Below, piece by piece: positions 26,494 through 35,495 of a stretch of DNA of 41,772 nucleotides. Made by a program: the position numbers and the translations under genes. The notes under the pieces were generated by a model. The model was not told the origin of the DNA. It did not search any database and saw only the letters and a list, made by a program, of their open reading frames with translations. The stretch's first letter is position 1. The number at the start of each line of letters is the position of its first letter. Location: assembly GCA_028706105.1 (NCBI GenBank), contig JAQWCF010000003.1, positions 1-41,772 on the forward strand, written 5' to 3'. The stretch is from Candidatus Margulisiibacteriota bacterium. GTDB lineage: Bacteria; Margulisbacteria; Riflemargulisbacteria; GWF2-35-9; DYQY01.

Positions 26494-27113
26494 AAAGAGT
26501 ATTGAAAATGTTAGAAAAAAGAAAAGACTTAGAGGCGATACTTAATTATATTGAGGAAGGCTCGAGAGTTTTAGACATTGGTTGTGGTGATGGGAGTTTG
26601 CTATATACGCTTAAGAAGATCAAGAAAATACAAGCCTTTGGTTTAGAAATTGACGAAGAAAAAATTGCAGAATGCGTTAGCAAAGGCCTTAGCGTTATTC
26701 AATACGATTTAAATAAGGGGCTGCCTGATTATCAGGATAAAGCTTTTGATTTCGTTATTCTTTCCCAAACTTTACAACAAGTTGCTAGACCCGATCAGGC
26801 GATTAAAGAGGTCGTTAGAGTAGGGAAGAAAGCAATTGTCAGTGTTCCTAATTTTGGTTTTTGGAAATGTAGGTTTGACCTTTTCTTCAAAGGCAAAACG
26901 CCTGTTACCAAAGCTTTGCCACACATGTGGTATAACACTCCCAACCTTAGAGTTTTAACCATTAAGGACTTTAACGATTTCTGTCAGGAGATAGGTGTTA
27001 GGATAATAAAGACGATACCTCTTTTGTCTTCAGAAGGAGATAGCGAAAAGATCATTAGTTTGTTCTCTAATCTTAGGGCAGATTATTGTGTTTTTATGCT
27101 AGAAACAAAGTAG
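26490..27113 (+). CDS. metW: Methionine biosynthesis protein MetW (SAM-MTase-like)
   Basis: VLDIGCGDGSLL motif, about 200 aa. ATGA-coupled directly downstream of metX. Confidence 0.88.
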   Translation: MKRVLKMLEKRKDLEAILNYIEEGSRVLDIGCGDGSLLYTLKKIKKIQAFGLEIDEEKIAECVSKGLSVIQYDLNKGLPDYQDKAFDFVILSQTLQQVARPDQAIKEVVRVGKKAIVSVPNFGFWKCRFDLFFKGKTPVTKALPHMWYNTPNLRVLTIKDFNDFCQEIGVRIIKTIPLLSSEGDSEKIISLFSNLRADYCVFMLETK

Positions 27114-27135
27114 CGAAACCCGCGATTTTTCTTTG

Positions 27136-27164
27136 TTGACACTAGTTACCTTTGAAGGTAAAAT
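27136..27164 (+). promoter_or_regulatory. Strong candidate sigma70 promoter for rplU-rpmA (TTGACA-17-TAAAAT)
   Basis: Consensus -35 at 27136-27141 and -10 at 27159-27164. Leaves a leader of about 75 nt. Confidence 0.6.
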
Positions 27165-27191
27165 TTAAAGCCGGTTTGCGGATTCGACAGT

Positions 27192-27236
27192 TGAATTAAC
27201 TGATTAATGAACTAGTGAACAAATGAACCAATGAAC
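27192..27236 (+). repeat. Octamer-phased TGAAC array in the rplU 5' leader (TGAAT, TGATT, then four perfect TGAAC exactly 8 nt apart)
   Basis: Pentamers at 27192, 27201, 27208, 27216, 27224 and 27232. The array ends at the AGGAG RBS (27237-27241). Confidence 0.85.
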
Positions 27237-27246
27237 AGGAGAAATT

Positions 27247-27711
27247 ATGTACGCAATAGTTGAAGTTTCTGGTAAACAATACAAAGTAGAAAAAGGCATG
27301 AAATTATATGTCGATAGATTAGGTGAAAAAGATAAAGCCAAACTGGTTTTAGATAAAGTTCTTTTTGTTAACGATGGAAAGGTTATCAGTGTTGGTACAC
27401 CTTATGTTGAAGGTTACGTTGTTAAAGCAGAAGTAATTGATCCTGAGTTTAAAGATAAAAAAGTAATTGTTTTTAAATACAAAAACAAAACTGGTTATCA
27501 TAAGAAACAAGGCCACAGACAACAATATACAATACTTAATATTAAAGATATCGCTAAAGCAGACAGCAAGCCTGTTAAAGAAAAAGTAGAAGTGGTTGCT
27601 GCTGATGTAGCTCCAGTAGTTAAGAAGCCAGCAGTGAAAAAAACAGTGAAAGCTTCTGCTCCTGTAGAAAAGAAACCAGTTAAAAAGACAACTGCAAAAA
27701 AAGCAGAGTAA
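27247..27711 (+). CDS. rplU: 50S ribosomal protein L21 with about 50-aa Lys/Ala/Pro/Val-rich C-terminal extension
   Basis: MYAIVEVSGKQYKV N-terminus and GHRQQYT motif. Residues about 103-154 are a basic low-complexity tail. Confidence 0.93.
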   Translation: MYAIVEVSGKQYKVEKGMKLYVDRLGEKDKAKLVLDKVLFVNDGKVISVGTPYVEGYVVKAEVIDPEFKDKKVIVFKYKNKTGYHKKQGHRQQYTILNIKDIAKADSKPVKEKVEVVAADVAPVVKKPAVKKTVKASAPVEKKPVKKTTAKKAE

Positions 27712-27730
27712 ATAATAGGGAGATATAGAT

Positions 27731-27988
27731 ATGGCTCATAAAAAAGGTAAGGGAAGTTCAAGTAACGGAAGAGACAGCAATCCTAAATACTTAGGTGTTA
27801 AAAAATTTGGCGGAGAACAAGTAGTTGCAGGTAATATCATACTAAGGCAGAGAGGCACCAAGTTCAAACCAGGGAAGAATGTAGGGCTAGGTAGAGACTA
27901 CACTATATTCTCGTTAATAGCAGGAACAGTCAAATTCGAAACAGGAAAAGGTAATATCAAGAAAGTCAGCGTAGAAGCAGTAGCCTAA
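27731..27988 (+). CDS. rpmA: 50S ribosomal protein L27
   Basis: [28 protein letters not shown]...RQRGTKF signature. Confidence 0.95.
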   Translation: MAHKKGKGSSSNGRDSNPKYLGVKKFGGEQVVAGNIILRQRGTKFKPGKNVGLGRDYTIFSLIAGTVKFETGKGNIKKVSVEAVA

Positions 27989-28014
27989 TATAGTATTTAG
28001 TTTTGTTATATAAT

Positions 28015-28045
28015 AAAAAGCGGACTTATTATGTCCGCTTTTTTT
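28015..28045 (+). terminator. Rho-independent terminator after rpmA
   Basis: AAAAAGCGGAC-ttattat-GTCCGCTTTTTTT. GC-cored stem at 28019-28025 / 28033-28039 followed by a T-run. Confidence 0.8.
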
Positions 28046-28108
28046 ATGGCCCCAAAAATCTTCAAGGGGGCTTGTTAAAAGTTTTTTTGTTGCAAAGTCC
28101 CCTTTAGG

Positions 28109-28135
28109 CGATGTACTGAGCTCGTCGAAGTGGGA
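28109..28135. repeat. Copy C of dispersed short element (core TGAGCTCGTCGAA at 28117-28129)
   Basis: cgatgtacTGAGCTCGTCGAAgtggga aligns with copy A. Confidence 0.7.
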
Positions 28136-28156
28136 TTTAGGGGCTAGGGAGAATAA

Positions 28157-29137
28157 ATGTTTATAGATGTAGCTGATATTTTGGTTAAAGCTGGTAACGG
28201 TGGTAAGGGTTGCGTTAGCTTTAGACGAGAAAAATATATTCCAAGAGGAGGTCCTGACGGCGGAGATGGGTCTAAGGGTGGAGATATTGTCGTAGTTGCG
28301 GATGCTCACTTGAAGAGCCTGATGGATTATCAATATAAAAAAGTTTATAAAGCTCAAAATGGTGGAGCTGGAGAAGGACGAGACCGTTATGGGAAAAAGG
28401 GTGAGGATATTACCCTTAAATTTCCAGTGGGCACAACTATTTCCAATAAAGAAACAGGAGAAACAATCGTTGATTTAATAGAAGACAAACAAGAGTTCGT
28501 CATTTTAAGAGGAGGTATTGGTGGTAAGGGCAATGCTAGATTTGCTAATTCTGTAAATCAAACTCCTTATTATGCTCAGCCAGGTTTGCCGGGTGAAGAA
28601 ATGAAAATTCATTTGGAATTAAAATTAATCGCAGACGTTGGCATTATTGGGTTGCCAAACATAGGAAAGTCTTCTTTGATTTCGAGGGTTACAAACGCTA
28701 GACCGAAGATTGCTGATTATGAGTTCACAACATTGGTTCCTAATTTAGGTGTGGTAAATTATAAGAATGATAAACAATTTGTGATTGCTGATGTTCCAGG
28801 TATTATAGAGAACGCTCATCTCGGGCAAGGGTTGGGTCATCAGTTTTTAAGGCATGTGGAGAGAACAAGAGTTTTGATTCATCTGTTAGATGTTTCGGAC
28901 TTTAAGCAAATGGAACCTAAAAAAGCATATGATGTCCTTAATAATGAATTATCTTTATACAACAAAGACATTTTAGAAAAAAAACAATTAGTTGTTTTTA
29001 ATAAGATAGATGTTCTACATGATCGAAGTATTTTGCAAGAGTATAGCCAAGAATTTGATACTAAAGTTTTTTTTATTTCTGCAGTTACTGGTGAAGGAAT
29101 CGAAGAGTTAATGACAGAATTAGTTACATATTTATAA
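28157..29137 (+). CDS. obg: GTPase Obg/CgtA
   Basis: MFIDVADILVKAGNGGKGCVSFRREK N-terminal Obg fold. G motifs GLPNIGKSS, DVPG and NKID. Confidence 0.93.
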   Translation: MFIDVADILVKAGNGGKGCVSFRREKYIPRGGPDGGDGSKGGDIVVVADAHLKSLMDYQYKKVYKAQNGGAGEGRDRYGKKGEDITLKFPVGTTISNKETGETIVDLIEDKQEFVILRGGIGGKGNARFANSVNQTPYYAQPGLPGEEMKIHLELKLIADVGIIGLPNIGKSSLISRVTNARPKIADYEFTTLVPNLGVVNYKNDKQFVIADVPGIIENAHLGQGLGHQFLRHVERTRVLIHLLDVSDFKQMEPKKAYDVLNNELSLYNKDILEKKQLVVFNKIDVLHDRSILQEYSQEFDTKVFFISAVTGEGIEELMTELVTYL

Positions 29138-29292
29138 AACAACATAAAATATAGGTAGATAATAGTTATCCACAGTTGTCTAATAAGTATAAAAGCATTT
29201 TTTTGACAACATGCACTCGCAGGTTAGCTCAAAAATATATTTAATGAAGGGGTGTTAATTCTTTATGGTCAATTTATTGAATAGGCTTCATA

Positions 29293-29820
29293 TTGTTGGA
29301 TTTGGCATCATTGACACTGTTATTTTACAGTGCTAACTTTAACAGTATAATGAGCAGCGATTTAGGTATATATAATTATGGTCTTACTTCAAATGTAGCC
29401 AACAAGTTTGACCCTTCAAAACCTGAGGATGCAGTGCTTTATTTTCAGCAAAGCTTTACCAACATATTTGAGAATTTTTTATCACAAGACGCAAGTAGCG
29501 ATTCATTTGATGGTTTTATGGGAAGTTCTTCGGGTAGCTCTAGCTCATCGTATGATCCTTTTTCCTCTAGTTATGATTTTTATTCTCAGATGATTAATTT
29601 GCAAACCCAGCAGTCAGGTTCTAGCACTTCTTCAAGTCAATTGGAACTTTTGAATGGGGCAGCGAATCTAATAGAGAAAGAAGCGGTATACTCTTACAAA
29701 GGTCAAAGGCTAACGGGAATGATTCAAAGTGTAGTAAATGATAACGGTAAAATATATTTTAAGATAGATGGAGATTTGATTCAGATTGACCAGTTGTTAG
29801 AAGTAAGAAAGGCAGTGTAA
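29293..29820 (+). CDS. Possible flagellar hook-assembly (FlgD-like) protein; start uncertain (TTG 29293 or ATG 29350)
   Basis: Position directly upstream of flgE. Ser-rich linker. C-terminal segment LIEKEAVYSYKGQRLTGMIQSVV...IQIDQLLEV resembles the FlgD Tudor-like domain. The canonical N-terminal FlgD motif was not seen. Confidence 0.45.
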   Translation: MLDLASLTLLFYSANFNSIMSSDLGIYNYGLTSNVANKFDPSKPEDAVLYFQQSFTNIFENFLSQDASSDSFDGFMGSSSGSSSSSYDPFSSSYDFYSQMINLQTQQSGSSTSSSQLELLNGAANLIEKEAVYSYKGQRLTGMIQSVVNDNGKIYFKIDGDLIQIDQLLEVRKAV

Positions 29821-29822
29821 TT

Positions 29823-30677
29823 ATGCTAGATATTATGAAAAACGGTGAAAATGCTATGAGAGCATTTGAAACAGCCCTAAGACTTCAGACAGCAAACATG
29901 GGCAACATGAGCACAACTGGATACAAATCCCTCAAATATTCCTTTAAAACAGTCTTTAATAAGGTTATCAACACTGGCTCAGCTGGGAGCATGCAACACG
30001 GAGGGACTAACCCTCATCAAGAAGGTTCTAGTGTCGCTCTAGCAAATATAACAATAGATTTTTCTCAAGGTGAGCTTGGTACTGGTAATATGTTAGATTT
30101 AGCTATCCAAGGTAATGGTCTTTATATCGTTTCTCCTGATAGTGGAAATACTTTTTTGTATACTAGAGCAGGGAACTTTCAATTGAATGATTTGGGTGAG
30201 TTATTGGATAATTCAGGAAGAAATGTTTATGGATATAAGTATATTGGTAATGGCGAGTTTAATACATCAATGATTGAGCCTATCGTGATCCAGAAACCTG
30301 TAAATGCAGGATGGCAGTATGAAGGGACTAGAGGCATACTTGTCGAGGAGTTTAGTCTTTCTTCCCAAGGATTAGAAATTGGAAAACCATTATTTCAAGT
30401 AGCTCTTACCGATTTTCCAAACAAATCAGCATTAATCCAGCATGATGGTTCAACCTATAAAGCAACTCCTGCTGCGGGCATTCCCTTTAATCCTTCTCCG
30501 CCATTAGTCAATGGTATGGGTCAAGCGATGTCTCAATCTGTAGAAAAATCTAATGTCTTTTTTATTGGTGAAACAGTAGATGCGATGGAAATACAAAGAG
30601 CAATGTCTGCTAGTTTGACAGCTGTTAAGATTGCCAGCCAGCAAATAGAAAATATAATACAACAGTTAGGAACGTAA
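29823..30677 (+). CDS. flgE: Flagellar hook protein FlgE (short, Bacillus-like)
   Basis: N-terminal TANMGNMSTTGYK rod/hook motif. GGTNPHQEGSS...LDLAIQGNGLY...YTRAGNF parallels B. subtilis FlgE. C-terminal SNV...EMxxxQRA heptads. Confidence 0.8.
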   Translation: MLDIMKNGENAMRAFETALRLQTANMGNMSTTGYKSLKYSFKTVFNKVINTGSAGSMQHGGTNPHQEGSSVALANITIDFSQGELGTGNMLDLAIQGNGLYIVSPDSGNTFLYTRAGNFQLNDLGELLDNSGRNVYGYKYIGNGEFNTSMIEPIVIQKPVNAGWQYEGTRGILVEEFSLSSQGLEIGKPLFQVALTDFPNKSALIQHDGSTYKATPAAGIPFNPSPPLVNGMGQAMSQSVEKSNVFFIGETVDAMEIQRAMSASLTAVKIASQQIENIIQQLGT

Positions 30678-30680
30678 TGA

Positions 30681-31757
30681 ATGGTCGTTAGTATGGAGAT
30701 AAAACTGCCACTAGGTCTTGGGCAGTGGCATTTATACCAGCCTGAAACATCTTCTGTAATGAAGGAAGAGCTTTCTGATGGCGCTCGTAAGAAAATTTTA
30801 TCTGAACTTAATATTTTTTCCAAATGGATGGAAAGCATTTCACTTAAAGCTCAAGATAAATATCAGTTAGTCTTTTCACAAAAAGATATTTCCTATAACA
30901 AGATATACAGTAATGATTTAGGTAGAATTTTAGGAAACAACCTCACAGTAGAATACCAAGACAAAAAAGGAGCTTTTTTGTTTTCTCTGGATAGTTCATT
31001 TTTAAGAAATATTTTAGGGATGTATTTTGGTGTGGATATGGTTAAGTTGGGTGGGTTTACTTTCACCGATATGGAATTGGTGCTGATTAAGAGTTTTTAT
31101 AGTGATTTTTTTGCTAAGTTTTTTGTTGATAGTGGGTTTATTGAAAAAGAACATAAGTTAAATTTTCATGATGGTAAGTTTGGAACAATGAAATACATCG
31201 CTGCCAATCAAGATTTTATTAATATAAAGTTTAGCTTAGGTTTCCCCGGCAATAATGAATCTTCGATTGATTTATTTTATTCTGAGCATGTTTCTAAGAA
31301 TTTTTTAGAAAGAATCGCTGTGCATCAAACTCAAGAAGTTGTTCTATCGGATAATATGAAAAGTGGCATAAGCACAGAAGTTGCAGTTCAGTTTGGTCAA
31401 GCCAAGCTAACTTTTGGTGAGTTTATGAATATTCAAAAAGGAGATGTTTTAGTTTTAAACAGTAAGGTTGGCGATAAAATTAAATTTATTTTAGCCGATC
31501 AGTTAGCCTTTGTTTCCTCTGTTGGCCAAAGTGAAGGGAAATATGCAATAAAATTAGAAGAGCAAATAATAGATTTATCCTTAGTATCACCAAAGGTACC
31601 GACCAAAATAGTAGAAAAAGAAGAAACGAAGGAAGAGGAATTGTTGATGAGTTCGTTTGATAAAGTTAATATAGAAGAAGAAAAAAAGGACCAAGAGTTT
31701 GGCTCAGTTCTTGATGATAATTCAGAGGACGAAGAATTTGATTGGGAGAAATTATAA
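30681..31757 (+). CDS. fliM: Flagellar motor switch protein FliM (divergent, acidic C-terminal tail)
   Basis: Size and position. C-terminal SpoA-type segment FMNIQKGDVLVLNSKVGDKIKFILADQLAFVSSVGQSEGKYAIKL. Confidence 0.65.
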   Translation: MVVSMEIKLPLGLGQWHLYQPETSSVMKEELSDGARKKILSELNIFSKWMESISLKAQDKYQLVFSQKDISYNKIYSNDLGRILGNNLTVEYQDKKGAFLFSLDSSFLRNILGMYFGVDMVKLGGFTFTDMELVLIKSFYSDFFAKFFVDSGFIEKEHKLNFHDGKFGTMKYIAANQDFINIKFSLGFPGNNESSIDLFYSEHVSKNFLERIAVHQTQEVVLSDNMKSGISTEVAVQFGQAKLTFGEFMNIQKGDVLVLNSKVGDKIKFILADQLAFVSSVGQSEGKYAIKLEEQIIDLSLVSPKVPTKIVEKEETKEEELLMSSFDKVNIEEEKKDQEFGSVLDDNSEDEEFDWEKL

Positions 31758-32575
31758 TGAATAAGGATGATTTAAAGAAAATGCTTGAGGATGATTTTTT
31801 TGGTGAAGGTGATTCCTTGAGTGGATTAGATGACATCTCTTTAGGGATGACTGGTAAAGAAGAGGAAAAAGATGTTTTTGACCTTGATGGCTTTGATTTT
31901 GATGATGATGACAATTTATTAGGTAGTGACTTGGACTTGGATGAATTAGATGAAGAAATTTCGAGTGATCTGAAAAAAAATAATGTAAGGCATGACGAGA
32001 TAAATGTTAATAGTAAAAGTATCTTTGACGATATCACTAAAGATGTTAATGATATTCTTAGTAAAACTGAGGAGCAAATTGAAGAAGAATTTGAGTCTGA
32101 AGAATTTCCAGAAGTTGAAGATATTAAAGAGGTTAGAGATAATAATACATTTACAAATTATGTTCTAAATGACACAATAAACGAAGAAGAAAGCTATCTT
32201 GATATAGAAGAAAGCAAAGGAACTGATATGAGTAAAAACGCCTTAGATTATAATGAATTTTCTGATGCCCTGAATCAAGAATATATCAATGTGAAGAAAC
32301 TTGATTTTCCTGAAATGAGCAATCAGTTAACGGGCTCCAAGTTTAAAGTAGATCTTTTTTCTAATATTCCAGTCACAATAGATGTTTTCTTAGGCAAAAC
32401 AACTCTTTCCTTGAAGGATGTTCATGACTTTTCTAAAGGTTCAGTAATCGAGCTGGATAATTTTTATGGTGAGCCCTTAGAGCTAAAAATAAACGGAGAA
32501 CTTATCGCGACTGGAGAGGTTGTCGCTATTGATAATAAATATGGAATAATGATAAAAGATATAGTTAAATCATGA
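31757..32575 (+). CDS. fliN: Flagellar motor switch protein FliN/FliY with long acidic N-terminal region
   Basis: C-terminal SpoA domain IPVTIDVFLGKTTLSLKDVHDFSKGSVIELDNFYGEPLELKINGELIATGEVVAIDNKYGIMI. The ATG at 31757 overlaps the fliM stop (TAATG). The track start at 31742 is TTG. Confidence 0.8.
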   Translation: MNKDDLKKMLEDDFFGEGDSLSGLDDISLGMTGKEEEKDVFDLDGFDFDDDDNLLGSDLDLDELDEEISSDLKKNNVRHDEINVNSKSIFDDITKDVNDILSKTEEQIEEEFESEEFPEVEDIKEVRDNNTFTNYVLNDTINEEESYLDIEESKGTDMSKNALDYNEFSDALNQEYINVKKLDFPEMSNQLTGSKFKVDLFSNIPVTIDVFLGKTTLSLKDVHDFSKGSVIELDNFYGEPLELKINGELIATGEVVAIDNKYGIMIKDIVKS

Positions 32576-32928
32576 TTCACTACCTACGTATAACTTTATC
32601 TTTACTTTCAATTGGTGCAATATTATTCATTGTATACTATGTTTTAACTAAGCTTCCGGGCAATAATGTGTTAAATAAAAAGAATAAACGGATTAGTTTT
32701 ATTGAACAAATGTTTTTAAGTCCAGGGGTGGCGGTTTATATTGTTAAAGTAGATGAACAAGAGTTTTTAGTTGGAGTAAGTAATAAAGCTATCAATGTTA
32801 TTCAGCCACTAAATGGTGCTACTACACCAACTGAGCCAGTTGATTTTGCTGAAGTTCTTAAAAAGAAAGAGGCTCTAGTGACTAAGAGCCGTGTTCCTAA
32901 ATCAAAATTAGTTAAAAAGGTAGAGTAA
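32572..32928 (+). CDS. fliO: FliO/FliZ-type flagellar export gate assembly protein
   Basis: Single N-terminal TM helix, then the ISFIEQMFLSPGVAVYIVKVDEQEFLVGVS pattern. Sits immediately before fliP. ATGA overlap with fliN. Confidence 0.65.
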   Translation: MIHYLRITLSLLSIGAILFIVYYVLTKLPGNNVLNKKNKRISFIEQMFLSPGVAVYIVKVDEQEFLVGVSNKAINVIQPLNGATTPTEPVDFAEVLKKKEALVTKSRVPKSKLVKKVE

Positions 32929-32929
32929 G

Positions 32930-33598
32930 ATGGATTTAGCTAATTTATTAGACACACCAATTCAGTTTAGCAGTTCTGTTAATCTGATGTTTTTCCTTTC
33001 GCTGATATCCTTTGTCCCTTTCTTTTTAATATCCGTAACTTCTTTTTTAAGAATAACGATTGTTTTTGGTATGATGAGGAGTGCTTTGGGTACTCAACAA
33101 TCGCCCCCCAACATGGTTATTGTGTCGTTAGCACTTTTTATGACAATCTTTATCATGTCCCCAGTTTGGAATGATATTAACGATAATGCGGTGAAGCCAT
33201 TTGTTAAGGGAAAAATCACCCAAGCAAAAGCTATAGAAATTGGTCAAAAACCATTAAGAAATTTTATGTTTAAACAAACCAAGGAAAACGATTTAGCTTT
33301 GTTTGCCCAATTTGCTGGACTTGATTTAAAAAAAATAACCGAGAGAGATGACATTCCTACTTATGTGTTAATTCCTTCTTTCATGATTAGTGAATTAAAA
33401 ACAGCATTTATTATTGCGTTTGTAATATTTCTCCCTTTTATTTTAGTCGACTTATTAGTGGCGAATATCCTGCTTTCATTGGGGATGATGATGTTGTCTC
33501 CGGTCATGATATCGCTGCCGTTTAAAATACTTTTGTTTGTTTTGGTTGATGGGTTTAATTTAATTGCAAGAGGACTTATGCTGAGTTATCTTGGCTAA
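32930..33598 (+). CDS. fliP: Flagellar type III export gate protein FliP
   Basis: SFLRITIVFGMMRSALGTQQSPPNMV and ELKTAFIIAFVIFLPFILVDLLVANILLSLGMMMLSP are hallmark FliP motifs. Confidence 0.93.
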   Translation: MDLANLLDTPIQFSSSVNLMFFLSLISFVPFFLISVTSFLRITIVFGMMRSALGTQQSPPNMVIVSLALFMTIFIMSPVWNDINDNAVKPFVKGKITQAKAIEIGQKPLRNFMFKQTKENDLALFAQFAGLDLKKITERDDIPTYVLIPSFMISELKTAFIIAFVIFLPFILVDLLVANILLSLGMMMLSPVMISLPFKILLFVLVDGFNLIARGLMLSYLG

Positions 33599-34454
33599 AT
33601 TTTTATATTTCTTCCTTTTTTTTTATAGTTTTCTTTTTTGTGTTGGTGAACCAGAAAAAATAGTATTTAGTAATAGTCCTGAAAACATTTATATCGATGG
33701 AAGCCTCTTGAATATTCAGGTGAGTGGTAGTTTTCGGTTGTTTTTTTCACACAACAACCAGACGAAGAATAAGGGAGATATTGTTGTACGGATAACCTCG
33801 TCAGAGGATGTGCAAGTTCAGCAGAGGATGGTATTTGCAGGACCAGACAAAAGCGAGCTTTATGTTGGCAAGATTTTGGGGGAGAGATTCTTTGCAAGCT
33901 ATAATCATGTGAATCTAACAAACTTGCCGATGGAGTGGAAGTGGGGAGTAGCTACTCAAAATGTTCTTTCAGGAATTATTGATGTTTTTCCTGAGAATTC
34001 AAGCAGTATTTGCAAGGTACATATATATTTTAACAATCCTTCATCTTTAGTTTTTGATAATAACAAATATATCTTTCCTAATACGACTGTTAAGAAAAGA
34101 TCCAAGCTGCTCAATGGTAATGTTCGTCATAATTTAAAAATAGCGGATAATTTTGAGTTTATAAATAATGGACATTATTCATTACCAGGTAATTATGGCG
34201 TTTTGTATGAGTATTTAGTTGATTTTTCCGAAACAGGAGAGTATCAGTTGTTTTTTACTGCCAACGGAGGTCCTGCTTCCTGTGTGTTTACGTTGGATGG
34301 TGAAGTATTTAGTGTATATAGCAATAATAGTAAAAAAGTTGGTAGTTTTAATGTTCCAAGACAAGGACTCAAGAAGCTTGTAACCTTTCCCTTACCTGGC
34401 TCTAACTATCCTGCGACTGTTACAATTGTTAAAGAAAAGGTGTATACTGAGTAA
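33591..34454 (+). CDS. Hypothetical secreted protein (287 aa) inserted between fliP and fliQ
   Basis: TTG start overlaps the fliP stop by 8 nt. Hydrophobic N-terminal leader KFLYFFLFFYSFLFC. Ends 2 nt before the fliQ ATG. No family recognised. Confidence 0.6.
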   Translation: MAKFLYFFLFFYSFLFCVGEPEKIVFSNSPENIYIDGSLLNIQVSGSFRLFFSHNNQTKNKGDIVVRITSSEDVQVQQRMVFAGPDKSELYVGKILGERFFASYNHVNLTNLPMEWKWGVATQNVLSGIIDVFPENSSSICKVHIYFNNPSSLVFDNNKYIFPNTTVKKRSKLLNGNVRHNLKIADNFEFINNGHYSLPGNYGVLYEYLVDFSETGEYQLFFTANGGPASCVFTLDGEVFSVYSNNSKKVGSFNVPRQGLKKLVTFPLPGSNYPATVTIVKEKVYTE

Positions 34455-34456
34455 TC

Positions 34457-34720
34457 ATGGATATTAACATCGCAACTGACTATCTTAGGCAGGCAATTAC
34501 CTTGTTGCTGTCTTTGGTTTTACCAGTTGTTGGTTCTGGATTAGTCATCGGTTTACTTATTTCCTTATTTCAAGCTGTTACTCAAATACAAGAACAGACA
34601 CTTACTTTTGTGCCAAAGATGGTTGTTGTTTTTTTGGTGGTATCAATAGGTTTTCCGTGGATGGCAGCAAGTCTTCAGGCTTGGGTGACCACAATGTGGT
34701 CGGCAATCCCTTATTTTTAA
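34457..34720 (+). CDS. fliQ: Flagellar export gate protein FliQ
   Basis: 87 aa, two TM helices, LISLFQAVTQIQEQTLTFVPK motif. Confidence 0.92.
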   Translation: MDINIATDYLRQAITLLLSLVLPVVGSGLVIGLLISLFQAVTQIQEQTLTFVPKMVVVFLVVSIGFPWMAASLQAWVTTMWSAIPYF

Positions 34721-35494
34721 ATGATTATAGACGGACCTAGTCTCCTTTTATTCATGTTTATTTTGGCAAGGGTAATAGGTTGCTTTATCCTGATGCCATT
34801 TTTTAGTGAAAGGTCAGTGTCGCAAATGATCAAGCTGATGTTCGCTTTTTGGCTAAGTATAATCTTGTTCATTTCTATACCAAAAACAGTATTAATTCCG
34901 GAGCATTATTTAGAATTAATCATCGCTTTTGTTAATGAGTTTATGCTGGGTCTTTTTATTGGGCTTATTGCTAGACTTATTTTCTATGGAATACAATTTG
35001 CTGGTGGATTAATGGATATGCAGATGGGGTTAAGCGTTGCCGCAGCATTCGACCCTGCAACAGGTAGCCAAGAAACAATTATTAGTAGGTTGCTATATAT
35101 TACTTCCATCGCAGTTTTTTTGATGATTGATGGTCATCATTTAGTTTTGACAGGTTTGTTTGAGAGTTTTAACGCTATTCCTTTGTTTAGCGAAGTTGCT
35201 TATCCCATGGGTTTACAGCAGTTAGGTGATTTAGGTTCAAATATGTTTTTTATCGCAGTTACAATCTCAATGCCAATCATTATCATAATTTTTATGTTGG
35301 ATTTTTCTTTGGGATTATTAGCTAGACTAGCACCGCAGGTTAACGTTTTCTTTTTAGGGTTTCAGATTAAGCCTATGTTAGGCGCATTTATTTTGTTACT
35401 ACTTATTCCAACAATGATGAGTAAAATTGTCGTTATTATGGATGATTTGGCTGTTCAAATTGTATATTTTTATAAATCTGTAAAGATACTCTGA
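34721..35494 (+). CDS. fliR: Flagellar export gate protein FliR
   Basis: 257-aa polytopic membrane protein with FLGFQIKP and ARLAPQVNVFF motifs. Position between fliQ and flhB. Confidence 0.9.
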   Translation: MIIDGPSLLLFMFILARVIGCFILMPFFSERSVSQMIKLMFAFWLSIILFISIPKTVLIPEHYLELIIAFVNEFMLGLFIGLIARLIFYGIQFAGGLMDMQMGLSVAAAFDPATGSQETIISRLLYITSIAVFLMIDGHHLVLTGLFESFNAIPLFSEVAYPMGLQQLGDLGSNMFFIAVTISMPIIIIIFMLDFSLGLLARLAPQVNVFFLGFQIKPMLGAFILLLLIPTMMSKIVVIMDDLAVQIVYFYKSVKIL

Positions 35495-35495
35495 C

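Noticed and set aside
27178-27190. GCGGATTCGACAG, resembling the conserved 5' end of tmRNA (..ACGGATTCGACAGG)
   Set aside because: It lies only about 60 nt upstream of the rplU start, inside its leader. There is no room for a roughly 350-nt tmRNA. No tag ORF or tRNA-like 3' end (..TCCACCA) follows.
27914-28357. 147-aa minus-strand ORF spanning the rpmA end, terminator and obg start
   Set aside because: It overlaps two well-supported + strand genes and a terminator. Its middle part translates intergenic repeat sequence (SPKGDFATKK).
31666-32037. 123-aa minus-strand Ser/Lys-rich ORF
   Set aside because: It is the antisense reading of the GAA/GAT-rich acidic regions of fliM and fliN, a low-complexity artefact.
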